NCBI RefSeq assembly: GCF_009914755.1
Contig: NC_060934.1
Reading direction: 5' to 3' (one strand)
Origin: the human T2T-CHM13v2.0 reference genome, Homo sapiens
Length of the DNA stretch: 64,000 nucleotides
Shown: one piece after another, positions 1 through 60,522 of the stretch
Layout of the letters: each line of letters opens with the position of its first letter
Position numbering within the stretch: the stretch's first letter is position 1
The notes under the pieces: generated by a model
Database searches by the model: none
Told to the model about the DNA's origin: nothing
The model's input: the letters and a program-made list of their open reading frames with translations, nothing else
Translations under genes and position numbers: made by a program

Positions 1-36
1 TACCTTAAAAATAAGAGCACATCTGTTATTATATAA

Positions 37-349
<313 letters not shown>

Positions 350-1207
350 AAATCAATTTCTTTAATTACTAAGTTAAATGTCTTTTAGAACTGATCAAAA
401 TGCCAACAAACCCCAGTCATAAGCAGAGAGGCTCAAAGTTCCTGCCCATAGTTGATAAAGTAACAGTACAAATACACATGTGCTTGGTGTCACACAAAGG
501 CTAAGAAGCAAGAGGCAAAGAAAGAATGCAAGAACAAGTGGAAGGAGTGAGGAAAAACTGGTAGTGTCAATGGTGCTGGGACCTTTTCTCCACTACTGAA
601 AAAGGTTTAGGAGGCCTAAGCTTGGTATTTAGTTGGCAGCTAAAAGTCTGAAATTTCTTAAAGGGTTCAAAAAATTGGATTTACAATTAATTGGTTCTAT
701 GTCTTTTTTTTTTTGTCACAACAGAGATTAGGTAATTTGTACACAAGCCCAGCAAAATTAAATCTTCTTTATTACCAGTATAAAATACACTTCCAGATCT
801 TGCCAAAACTAGAAACAAAATTTGAAACAATTGAGAGACTCCTAATGGTGCCTGGGTACCAACTCAGTTAATAAACGTTTTCTTTCTCAAGTGCACTTAG
901 AGATACCAAGAACATCTCACAAAGGTGAGGGAGTAATTCCATTATTTAAAGTATTTTTAAAAAGATATTTACTTGCACTTGCACAAGACACCAAAGAAAG
1001 GCATATATTACAAGATGTCCAATGAATGTTAATCTACTCGAAACCATCTTTAAAATTCAGGCTTAGGATATTCTTCCTTAAACAATGGTGGAAGAATCTC
1101 TGATGGTAATTTAATTCACTGTAGTCACATTTTCATTTTTTTTCTTTTCTTAGGGGATGCTTAACTTGATATTCTCCATACTTTTTTTCATTTAAGAACT
1201 CTTGTGA

Positions 1208-1500
1208 GGCTGGGCGCGGTGGCTCACACCTGTAATCCTAGCACTTTGGGAGGCCAAGGTGGGCGAATCAACTGAGGTCAGTTCAAGACCAGTCAGGCCA
1301 ACATGGTAAAACTCCGTCTCTACTAAAAATACATAAATTAGCTGGGCATGGTAGCACGCGCCTGTAGTCCCAGCTACTCAGGAGGCTGAAGCAGAAGAAT
1401 CACTTCAACCCGCGAGGAAGAGGTTGCAGTGAGCCGAGATCGTGCCACTGCACTTCAGCCTAATCAGGTAACAGGGCGAGACTCTGTCTAAAAAAAAAGA
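1208..1500 (+). mobile_element. AluS
   Basis: Full dimer with TSD aagaactcttg. Confidence 0.95.
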
Positions 1501-2466
1501 ACTCTTGCGAATGTGTAGAGACAGAGAATACATTAGTGACAGTAATGAGGTAGCACAAAAATATAAGTGCAGTACTCTATGAGAGCAGCCTCCATACATC
1601 CTTCTACCAATAGAGAAAACTATTAGCAACTACTGTGTACTAGGAACCATCAATAAACATATTGATTCCCCACTATAAACAGGAAAAATCTAAATTCCTT
1701 GGACTGGCATTTAAGGTATTATTATGTCCAATATAATGCCTTTCTAACTATCCAGAGACACTGTAATTTACCATGTCATACCTACCCCGAAGGATGTACC
1801 AAGTCCTTCCACATCTGCAATCTCTTCTAAAGTAAACTCTACCTTGTCAACCCAGTAGAATTTGACTTATCCTGTAAGACATCATCAATTATCAACTCCT
1901 CTCTGAAGCCTTCTCTCAAATGTGTACTGAACAGATGAATAAAGAAAAAAACCCATAAAATCATATTGATGGTAAGAGTTGCTTTTCACAACAAGATGAA
2001 AGGTACTTGAGGTAATTCACTTGCTTGCCATTTCCTAGTCTCATATTTTATCTAACATCTAACAGGATCTACAAAAACTGACCCAACAGAAAGGCAGCAA
2101 AAAGTAATAAATCAGTGTTCCAGACGCAAGGCTGGTAGTCGTCTGCCTAAAATCAATGGCTAAATCTATAATAATGAATACAGTTTCCAAGGGAAACCTT
2201 ATAGTGAAAAGAACAGAGGACCAATGGAGGAATTTAGGAAGTCAATTAAATGAAACTTGCATCAAAATGTATATAGACTCTTCTAGATAATTCAGAATGA
2301 TAGTTATTACAGTGAGAGAAAAATGGAAGCAAGTTACACAGCTCTACTGCAGCTAGCAGCTGATACTTCAAATCTAAATGAAATCAAACAAAAAAGCATA
2401 TATCTGGGGACAAGCAGAGGGCTGGTTAAAAAAAAAAAAAAAAGGACAGAAGAAAACTGAGGTTAA

Positions 2467-2794
<328 letters not shown>

Positions 2795-3129
2795 TTAAAA
2801 CAAAAGTAAAAATTTATAACAATGTGATAGCCTAGAATTTTTTTTAAAAAAAACTATTTCAAGAATGAAGGACACAAAAATCAAATAAGATAAAGATATG
2901 GAGGCATCCAATGGATTTGAAATTATGGAGATTGTCAGTGACCACGGCAATAGCAGTTTCAGAAGAGCAGTGAGACGTGAACCAGCACTGAAGACTGAAC
3001 TAGAGCTGAGTGAGTAGGGATGGGTGCAATGCAAATTTCCAAGAAGATCAGTTGTGCGTTAGGGCAGGACAGAGTTATGTGTCAACGAAAAACAACAACT
3101 ATAACATTAAAAGTCAATAAATTACAGTA

Positions 3130-4820
3130 ATAAAAACGATGTGATACTGGCATAAAACAGACACATAGACCAATGAGTAGACAGTCCAGAAACAAATCCT
3201 CGTATACATGATCAAATGACTTTCAACACGGGTGCCAAGACCATTCAATGAGGAAGGACAGTGTTTCAACAAAAGTTAATAAGAAAATGGGATGTTCACA
3301 TGCAAAAGAATGAAGTGGAACCCTTACTTTACACTCTATTTTAACTCAAAATGGATCAAAGACCTAAACATAAGACCTAAAACTATAAAACTTCTAGAAG
3401 AAAAGATAGGGGAAAAGCTTCATGGTATTGGATTTGGTGGTGATTTCTTGGATATGACACCAAAGGCACAGGTAACAAAAGGAGAAAATAGACAAACTGG
3501 ATTTCCTAATGTGTCAGGCATCGGATTTCCTAATGTGTCAGGCATTCTGGACTTTCCAGTGATGCCACTGAGATAGCACCTGTCAAAAGAGCAGTGGTTC
3601 CATTTCTAGATTGTGGATCTTCAGATAAATTCTGCCATTTTCATTTCACTTCCTGAAAGTCAGGGTTGGCTTGTGAAAAGTTGTTAAACAACATGCTAAA
3701 TGTGAAATGTCAACCCTCACTCTAAACTTTCCCCGTTCAGAACATCAGATACTTCATTGGGTTTTATAGTGGCTTTCTGATTTTTGGTAGTCCGTTGAAG
3801 ACGGGAGTTTGAAAGTTGTTGTATACTGTTAACGACTGTCTGTCCATGTACTGCCTGAAATACCATGATTGTTTATGGAAAGTATCTTTAATAAAGCTGG
3901 ATACAGTTTGGTTTCGGGGAAAAAAAAAACATGAAAAGACATTTCTCCAAAGAAGATCTACAAATGGCCAATAAGCACATGAAACTACTCATTAGGAAAT
4001 CAACTTCACTAATTAGGGAATCAATAATCAGTAACACTAATCGTCACAGATACGCAAATCAAAACCACAGTGACATCACCTCACACCCATTAGGATGGCT
4101 ACTAGCAAAAACATAGGAAAATAACAAGTGTTGCCAAGGATGTGGAGAAATTGGAATCCTTTTGCACTGTCGATGGAATGAAACATGGTACAGCAACTGT
4201 GGAAAACAATATGATGGTTCCTCAAAAAATTAAAAATAGAAATACCTTCTGATCCCGCAATTTCATTTCTGGGTATATATTCTAAAGAATTGAAAGTAGT
4301 GTCTCAAAGACATATATGTGCACCCATGTTCACAGCACCATTATTCACAATAGCTAAAACATGGAAACAATACAACTGTCTATTAACAGATGAATGGATA
4401 AGCAAAATATGGTGTGTGTGTATGTGTATATTGTGTGTGTGTGTACACACACACGCACAATACAGTATCAGCCCCAAAAAGAAAATAATTTCTGATATAT
4501 GCTACTACATGGGTAAACTTTGAGGACATTCTGATAAGTGAAATAAGCCAGTCATAAAAAGACAAATACTGTTTGATTCCACTTACATAGGTACTTAGAG
4601 TACCTAAAAAATCATTGAATTAGGAAATGAAATGGTGGTTGCCAGGGTGGTGGGAGGGGGAAGAGTGTTTCAGTTTTGTAAGATGAAAAGTGTTCTAGAG
4701 AAAGGTGGTGGTGATGGATCCCCAACAATGTGAAAGTCACTGAACTTTATACTTAAAAATGGTTATGACAGTAAAATTTATGTTATGTTTATTTTACCAC
4801 AGTACAAAATAATTGAAAAA
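3130..4820 (+). mobile_element. Old L1 (L1MA/L1MB-type) 3' fragment
   Basis: Degenerate ORF2 C-terminal peptides (SKWIKDLNIRPKTIKLLEE, RHFSKEDLQMANKHMK) followed by a 3'UTR. Confidence 0.88.
3499..3929 (+). pseudogene. Retrocopied mRNA 3'UTR fragment (HNRNPA3-like from memory, unverified) inside an old L1
   Basis: Non-L1 sequence with AATAAA at 3890-3895 and an A-tail at 3920-3929, interrupting L1 ORF2 sequence. Confidence 0.75.
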
Positions 4821-5588
4821 ATGTGCAAATAGATTATGATTTTATAACCTTGGGCCTTACATAGGAATGAAAAACAAACCCTAAATGTCTTCAATAAAAA
4901 CATAAAACCCACATGACAACCATAACAAATAAGGTATCTTTTAAAACCTTGAGGCTACAAAGGTGGCACATCTTTGGTAACGAGTTTCCCATCCCTGGTC
5001 TGGGTATTAAAACATTTAAAAAGATGGCTTCCTTCCTCCTTGAAAATAATGACTGGCCGGTGCATCTTTAATGTGTTACCATACTGGTAGAAAGAAGTGC
5101 TAATGTCATGGTCACTTCCACTAATAGGCCTTGGAAAGGGCTGGCCCTACAGACTGTCCCTTTCTTTTATCCAGAAATGACTAGTTCATCAAAAAGAGAT
5201 TCTTACCACCACCTCTGATGTTTGGCCATGATGTTGAAAGACATCTTTCTAGGGTAATTCTTCAAAACCCACATGGCTCTAGAGTGGCCAGCAACTAAGG
5301 TGGTTGGGAACTACATGTTCATTCTTCAATAATCTTGTGGGTTTTTTTGACATAGATAACACCTCTTCCAAGATAATATATTTCAATTTCAATTTTTGTT
5401 TTATTCTTTATATATGTCCTACAGTCCGTTCTCATAATTATTCTTAATTGGAAAAAGCATTTAGAGACAGAATTTACTCTGTACATGCCACAGAGAAGGT
5501 TCTTCCCATTTCTCTTTGAAAATTCAACCGGATGCATAATTATGTAATTATCAGCCTTGTATTGTTTTCAAAATTATCTGTAGCTTAC

Positions 5589-44725
<39,137 letters not shown>

Positions 44726-44726
<1 letters not shown>

Positions 44727-44827
44727 TACTTTGACTTTTCTAGTTCTTCTAAAATATGTCGCAGGCAACTGTATTCCAGTTCTAGGCAAACCAGGTTTGA
44801 AGATTGGTAATATATATTGTTGTTCAT
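44726..44827 (-). promoter_or_regulatory. 33-codon upstream ORF in the ZFAND4 5'UTR; its stop overlaps the main ATG (TAATG)
   Basis: ATG at 44827 (AAAC-ATG-A) reads MNNNIYYQSSNLVCLELEYSCLRHILEELEKSK to TAA at 44728-44726. The ORF is directly visible; its translation is not shown. Confidence 0.7.
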
Positions 44828-45132
44828 GTTTTGAGTTTTGTACCTAAAAAAACAAGAATTTTTTTAACAAGCCTATCTGAAAGTTGTATTTGTCCATAAA
44901 GATTTTCCGTTAACTGTGGCCCATATCAATCTTCCAGACGGCCCCAGAATTCACTTTAGTGCTTTTAATTATGTCTAATCCTGAACTTTTCACATTTGTC
45001 TCTGAAATCACTCTCCCATCTAGACCATAAGATTATTAAGAATACGCATATTTTTGATATTATAATGTATCTTACTAGAGCTCAGCACAGTTATATATAT
45101 AGTACATGCTCAACAAATACTTTTGTTGTTAA

Positions 45133-45548
<416 letters not shown>

Positions 45549-45765
45549 TGAGCCACCATGCCTACTCCTGTTGTATATTTGAATCATACTGGATAAAAGG
45601 AATGCCAACCACCATAATAGGTTGCTTAAAAATAGTACTCACTAGGCTGGGGGCTGTGGCTCATGCCTGTAATCCCAGCACTTTGGGAGGCCGAGATGGC
45701 AGATCATGATGAGGTCAGGAGATCGAGACCATCCTGGCTAACATGGTGAGACCCAATCTCTACTA

Positions 45766-45930
<165 letters not shown>

Positions 45931-46321
45931 TCAAAAACAAAAAAAAGTAGTACTCACTAAATCATCAACGGTTTCCAGAGGATATTATAGCATTCAGATG
46001 ACATTAGAATTGGTAATAAGTATTAGACAATCTCTGCTCACATACATACAATGGCTAATAAGTATGAGTGGTAAGCCCAACAAATAGAAGTAGTAAACTA
46101 AATGACAAGTATAGAACTAGGAGCACAAAAATGATCAAATTGCTATTGCTATTAATCGTGAAAACTCTATACAGGGGGGCCTTGAACTTAAACTAGGACA
46201 AATGATACACATCTTTCTGGTGAGGTGGTTAAACCTTTTTAAAAATAGCTTTATTGAGGGCCAGGCACAGTGGCTCACACCTGTAATCCCAGCACGTTGG
46301 GAGGCCGAGGTGGGCGGATCA

Positions 46322-52835
<6,514 letters not shown>

Positions 52836-53219
52836 TCAATTCCCAAAGCATTTCTCTCATTTCTTCTGAAAAGTTTCTAAAAACACAACTCCAAGGATGA
52901 AATGGAAGTTAAAGGTAAACAGGCAATAGCGCTGAATACGTAATTTCAGTAACTCAGAATTTTCTCCAACCTCTGCTCTAAAGAAGCTTAGCTACAGAAG
53001 AGCAGTTACCTTTGAAACATTTTCCCCAACATAAAGATATCCGGAATGTGAAGCTGCCATTAAAACTGTGACACAGATCTACATTTACTGATACATCAAA
53101 ACATCCCTAAAGTTCGAAATACGAGCTACAGAATCACATCAACCGCCTAACTTGTCTGTAGCCTAAACTCTAGTCCGGAGTTCATCTGCAAGCGGAATTG
53201 GGAAGTATTTCAGAGCCAG

Positions 53220-54200
53220 CATCTCCTCGCGCCATCCAGGTACCTACACACTTGAGGCCACCGAGTCACCTGCGCAGCCGTTGCTCCTCCAAGACCAATC
53301 CGGGCTCCCCAGACCCACCGGCCTGAATCTGGAGGACAGCAGTCCGCGTGACAACAGCGACTCGGAGATCAGCACCCGTCGGGAAAGCCGCGTACCCGTT
53401 GAAGCTGGCGTCACGCCCAAAGGAACAAACGCCAGAGCGTGTGTCCTGGGCAAAGGCGGCCCGCCGCTCCGGTCCCCGGGCAGCAGCGGCCGGCGTCAGG
53501 CCGCAAGGCGAGGGGCGGGGACAGGACTCTACCCGGCAGCCCAGCGCCGAGCGCCCGCGCCACTCCGGCCTTGCGCCATTCCGGCCCCACGACGGCCGGC
53601 GGCGGCAGCGCGGCTGGGCTCAGCGGCTCGCAGCCCGGGCGCCCCCCCTGCCGGCCGCTCGCTAGCTCAGCCTCACCCGCAGTCTTGTCCGCTGGCTCGC
53701 TCGCCCGCCTACAGGTCGACAGGGCCCAACGACCCGGCGAGCAACTTCACGGAAGGCACTGGCCGACAACGCTCCGCTGCCGCCGCGCCCCGCCCCTTTG
53801 TGACACCACCTACCAATCGCTGGACGGCGCTTTCGCTGCCCTCCAATCAGCGCGGGCGGGGGCAGGCCTGGCCCCCGGACGTGGGCGGTTGCCGGGGCGC
53901 CAGGGCCCTGGGGCCTTCTTGGCATTCGCTGGAGGTTGTGAGTTACGAGGCCCGGATGTTGATCTTTTATTACTAGCAACACTGGACCCCTGACTCGTGC
54001 CCACGCGGGCGTCTGGAGGGCAGCCGCATGGCCTGCTGGGAACGGCGGGGTTGAAGCCGGAGCCGCCCTCCGTGAGACCCACCGGGGATCCTCTTCCAGG
54101 CGCCTGATTTGCTGGAGATAGGCGATACAGGCAGACGCTGTCCAGTCGGTGGCCTCTCCAGAGTGAGGGGCGCTCCTGGTGCGTTTGGGCCGGCCTGTCC
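53220..54200. promoter_or_regulatory. CpG island, ZFAND4 promoter
   Basis: About 1 kb of GC- and CpG-rich sequence in an AT-rich background. GC boxes at 53787-53796 and ~53854-53863; CCAAT boxes at 53813-53817 and 53843-53847. Confidence 0.92.
53677..53780 (-). other. ZFAND4: ZFAND4 non-coding exon 1 (TSS approximate)
   Basis: Donor GCGG|GTGAGG at 53676, inside the CpG island and just downstream of GC and CCAAT boxes. No ATG in the exon. Confidence 0.7.
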
Positions 54201-56136
54201 TAACAAATCTGCTTTAGGCTTCACCGTCCCCTAATGTTTCTGGCCTCAATTGCCTCATCTGGAAAATGGGGGCATTACCGTGCCTGCTTGAAGACAAAGG
54301 CGAAAACAGATAACTTTCTGTAGTCCTCATACAATTTACTGAGAACTGTAGGCCAGGCAATGGAGTAGGCACCCTGGGCTCAAATCCCAGCGTTGGGTAA
54401 GCCCAGCCACACCTCCTGCTCCAGTTTCCAAGCTGCTGAGCTGCGGTGTAAACAGTAACTGGCTTCAAGCCAACACCTGCCTTTCAACCTAACATGGGAG
54501 CCCACTGCCTCGTTCCGTTCCCCCTACCGATTTTCCAACTCCGTGAACCTCCTTCACTAAGTGGGTTACTCAGCTGACAAAGAATGTCATCTCACTCCCA
54601 CTGCGGGTTCACTCATCCTCGACTTCTGGCTCAGAGGAGCCAGTCTAATATGAAACTAAACATCTAATCTGTGTCTCCTGTCCTCTCTCATTCTTCTGAG
54701 ACCCTACCCACCAACTTATCTCCACAGTTCAACGAACTATTGAGCATACACTGGGGGAGTATGGTGAGGCACTGGGCATTGATTCACCAGTCTCGCCGTT
54801 GGTTCCTTCTGAAACTCCACATATGCTTAATGCTAAATAGATTGGAGACCTTTGAGGACAGAGCTATGATGGTAATCATCTTTGCATTCCTGAGCCTAGA
54901 ATAGGGCCTGTGATGGAGACTTACTGAGTAAAAACCTTAGCGTTTCTCACCCTTGCCTGCCCACTTCATTCACACTGGAGAATTGACAGCATGGACCGTG
55001 GAGTCAGGCAGGTGTGTTTAAAGCCTTGCCTCCCAATACCAGAAGCTCCATTACCTGGCCAAGTCATTCATTCTTTACAACATCATCATCATTATCATCT
55101 GCCATTCTTCAAGTGCCAGATAGTTGATAAGGGTCTTTACGTATTCTCTCCCCATCACAATCCTGCAAAGTTGGTAGTGAAATCCCTCGTCTACAAAGGA
55201 GTAAACAAAAGCCAATTAAAGTAGAACAATTTACCTATAATCAAACAGCTCTATGTCGGAAAGCCATATTTAAACTAGGACACAATACAAAAATCCAACC
55301 TTGTTCCATTATTCCACATTGCTTCCAGATTTTAGCTTTATCTGTAAAATTAGTGTTACTACATTACCTATCTGATAGACCATGGAGACTGAATAAAATA
55401 GCATTAAAAGTTGTTACCATAGGAACTTTTTTTTAACGTAAGTTCTCTCTCCCTTTCAAGCCTCTCAAAATAGCAGCTTGCGTATTTTCTAAACCTGTTG
55501 TCTCCTGAATCCCCTGAAACCAATCCTACTGATTGATGAGTAGATTTAGTTGTTCCAAAAGAAAATCATCGTATTTAACAAATGCTGACTCTGACCGACA
55601 TTGGGTACTACAGCAAGAAACTATGTGCACAAATAACCTACGGACAGAAGGAAGATGCATAAAATGAATAGGGGAAAGGAGTGGCCAACTAGCAAGTGCC
55701 CTCATCTGTCATCACGTCACTCTCACAGCAGACTTGGGCAAATGGTTGACCTGTGGGAGCTGAACAAAATCTTTGACTCTGGGTATGAGTAATTCCCTGT
55801 CTGATCTTACAGTGCCCAAGGAAGAAGTCAGTAGCTCCAGGATCGCTGAGACCAACCTGGGCGGCCTACAAGACTGCACCATGGTGACAGGCTGAATAGT
55901 CAGCAGCAAGACGACAGAGCACCAAAAAACACAGACTAGAATGGGGTCAGCCATCCAGGTGGCTAGTGGCTACTGCCTTTGACGATGCAGATAAAGAAAA
56001 TTTTCATTCCTGCAGAGTTCTATGGGGCAGTGCTGCTCTAGAGGCTGACATTTCTATCCTCAGCACTTCCCCCGGCTATTACCTAGGTTCATTCTGCTGC
56101 TTCCACAAGGCAAGAATGGAACAGAATGCCTTAGAG

Positions 56137-56650
<514 letters not shown>

Positions 56651-56862
56651 ACGAAAATCCAATAAAAATTTATTAAAGATTTAAATGTGGCCAAGCGTGG
56701 TGGCTCATGACTGTAATCCCAGCACTTTGGGAAGCGGAGGCGGGTGGATCACAAGGTCAGGAGGTCGAGAACATCCTGGCCAACATGGCAAAACCCTGTC
56801 TCTACTAAAAGCACAAAAATTAGCTGGGCGTGGTAGCGCGTGCCTATAGTCCCAGCTACTCA

Positions 56863-56982
<120 letters not shown>

Positions 56983-57331
56983 TCAAAAAACAACATTTAA
57001 GTGTAAGACCTGAAATGAGAAAACTTTTCTTTTAGGTTTTTGTCTAGAAGTTTCTAGGTATTGATCTTGACAATAATTTACAGAATATGTCACAAAAGTG
57101 GAGACATGAAAAGCCAAACTAAACATGGGACAATGCCAAATTGAAAACCTTCACAGCAAAGAAACCAATGAACAAATTAAAAAGCTTTTTAACAATTATC
57201 CAAAATACCTAAAGAACTTGTATTAATAAATAGGAAAAAAAACTGAAACAAAACAGAAAAGCATCAAAAAGCTTAAAAATAAGCAGATTTGGCCGGGCAC
57301 GGTGGCTCATGCCTGTAATCCCAGCACTTTA

Positions 57332-57589
<258 letters not shown>

Positions 57590-57797
57590 TCAGCAAGGTT
57601 GAAGCATCAAAGGTTAATAGCCAGAATCATTTATCAATTGTATTTCTACACATCTGCAAGACACAATCTGAAAATGAAATTAGAAAAACAACTTCATTGG
57701 GCAACAAGAGCAAAACTTCATCTCAAAAAAAAAGAAAAAAAAAATAGTAATCTACAATGTCATTTCCTGTTCAAGCTTGACTTCTACCTTTACTTTC

Positions 57798-58488
57798 TGA
57801 TATGGTTTTGCCATGTCCCCCCACCCACATCTCATCATGAATTATAATCCCCATAATCCTGATGTGTCGAGGGAGGGGCCTAGGGGGAGGTGATTGGATC
57901 ACGGGGGCAGTTATCCTCATGCTGTTCTTGTGATATTCAGTAAGTCCTCATGAGATCTTATAGGGTTTTGTTTTGTTTTGTTTTTTGGATGGAGTCTTGC
58001 TCTGTCACCCAGACTGCAGTACCATGGCGCGATCTTGGCTCACTGCAGCCTCTGCCTCCTGGGTTCCAGTGATTCTCCTGCCTCAGCCTCCTGAGTAGCT
58101 GGGATTACGGGCATGCGCCACCACACCCAGCTAATTTTTGTATTTTTAGTAGAGACGGGATTTCACTAAGTTAGCTAGGCTGGTCTCGAACTCCTGACCT
58201 CAGTTGATCCACCTGCTTTGGCCTCCCAAAGTACCAGGGTTACAAGTGTGAGCCACCAAGCCCAGCTGAGATCTGATGGTTTTATACATGTTTGACAGTT
58301 GCTCCTTCACATGTTCCCACTCTCTGTGCGGCCACCATGTAAGTCGGACCTGGTTCCCCTTCTGCCATGATTGTAAGTTTCCTGAAGCCTACCCAGCCAT
58401 GCGAAACTGTGAATCAATTAAACCTGTTTCCTTTATAAATTATCCAACCTCAGGTATTTCTTTATATCAGTGTGAAACAGACTAATGT
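57798..58488 (+). mobile_element. THE1/MST MaLR LTR with an internal Alu (57965-58266, -)
   Basis: tgatatggtttt..., ccatgattgtaagtttcctga and cagtgtgaaacagactaat. Confidence 0.88.
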
Positions 58489-59630
58489 GCTTTCCGATAA
58501 TCATGCTTCAGGAATTGGGGAATTCAGACTACCTGGGATCAAATTGTGGCCCCAACCTTAGCAGCCATGTGACCTTGGGGAGGTTACTTACCTTCTCCAT
58601 CTCAACTCCTTCAGTAAAATCTGTAAAATGACATTGTTTCTGAGGGTTAAATGAGCATAGCACAGTGTCAGGCACACACTACTTGCCAGATGTCGAGTAT
58701 TCATCTTTATTGAAATAGGACTGTGGTAAGCCACTTTATGGCTCTCGATTTTGTATGAGAAAATCATGCTTAGTGCCTTGTTAGTAAAAGAAAGAAAACC
58801 TGAAAGTCCCTGCCACGGAAGGAAGAAATAGCGGGGAGAAAAGGGAGTTGGTAAGTTTCAGCATTTCAGAGCTTGGAGAGGGACAAGTTAGGTTTCCATT
58901 TTATGGAGAAGGAGGTGGAGGCAGGATGGGTCCTAAGGTGTCATTCAAAACACACAGCCATAACTCTTTATTGAGAGTAGCGCTAGGGCCCCAGGGATTG
59001 CTGTGGTCAAGTTGCGGACAAAAATGACCACTCGTTGGAAGACAGGAGAGGAGTGTTTAGTTACAAAAGCAGTCAACAATTCAGGTGTATCTATATTCAG
59101 ACAGCAAATAAAAGTTGTTCAACTTGGTTGCTAATGGGACCCACTCTACTGAGGCTTTGTATAGAACTCATAGAGGAAGATGGCTTCAAGGAATGAACTA
59201 CCCTGTGCTTTTCTTAGGACTAAAATCTCAGGAAGCTGGTGATGAATGAAAACCTTAGTCCCACTGGCACTGCACGAGGGGCCAGGAGAGCAGCAGCATC
59301 ATAAGCCGCAGGGTGGGGCAGCCAAGGCAGGGGCATTCTGAGCTGTTGGGGAGGGGTGGCAGGCAGGGTGGGGCACTGTGAGCTGTCGGGGAGGGCATTG
59401 TGAAGTGTGGGGTGGGGCATTGTGTGCCACATGCCTGGGCTCCCACCTGGGGCCAGTGGGCTTCAGTCTGTAGGTGACTACAGAAGGAGGAGGAGCTCCG
59501 TCTGTTCTCTCTTCAGGCAGTTGTTGTGTCTCTCAGCACTTGTTGGGTTCACAACCTATTAAATAAGCCGGCTGGTCTTCACCCTCCCAGACAAGTCAAC
59601 TCAGGGGAGGCAGCAGGGTGCGGGCCTTGG

Positions 59631-59660
59631 CCAGGGCCAGGGCCAGGGCCAGGGCCAGGG
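59631..59660 (+). repeat. (CCAGGG)5 tandem repeat in the AGAP promoter/5'UTR
   Basis: Five exact hexamer units. Confidence 0.95.
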
Positions 59661-59802
59661 CTGGTGCCCGGGGCCGCGCTGTGAGGTGGGCAGGCGAGGA
59701 GCGGGAAGACCATCTCTGCAAGTGCAGCATAGCCTCGGCCTAGGACAGCGGGAGTGCGTGGCCAAAGCTGTGAGCAGAGGCACAGGTGGTGGCAGACAGT
59801 AG

Positions 59803-60102
<300 letters not shown>

Positions 60103-60363
60103 TGAGGCATCCCCCACTTTGAGCTCCTTTCTGCTTGTAGCCAGCTTTTCCGGGGGCTGGCCAGGAACAAAAGCTGGCTCTGCCTTGAATTCCCACCCCT
60201 TAGTCTTTCCCCACCAAGTCCAGTCAGTTTCTTTTCGCCTCCCCTCCCAATCGCCCAGTTCTTGCTCTCTCACCTCATTCTCCCAGGCTGGCATGGGACC
60301 ATTTATTTATGGCTCTTGTCGAATAAGCAGCAGTTGAATAAATGAGTTGATAAATTTTTATAA

Positions 60364-60522
<159 letters not shown>

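Noticed and set aside
53244-54224. Long overlapping ORFs of up to 231 aa on both strands
   Set aside because: Stop-poor GC-rich CpG island. The products are Arg/Pro/Ala low-complexity, mostly with non-ATG starts and no recognisable domain.
55790-55960. Exon-like plus-strand segment after cttacAG
   Set aside because: No recognisable peptide, only weak donors, and no partner exon identifiable from sequence.
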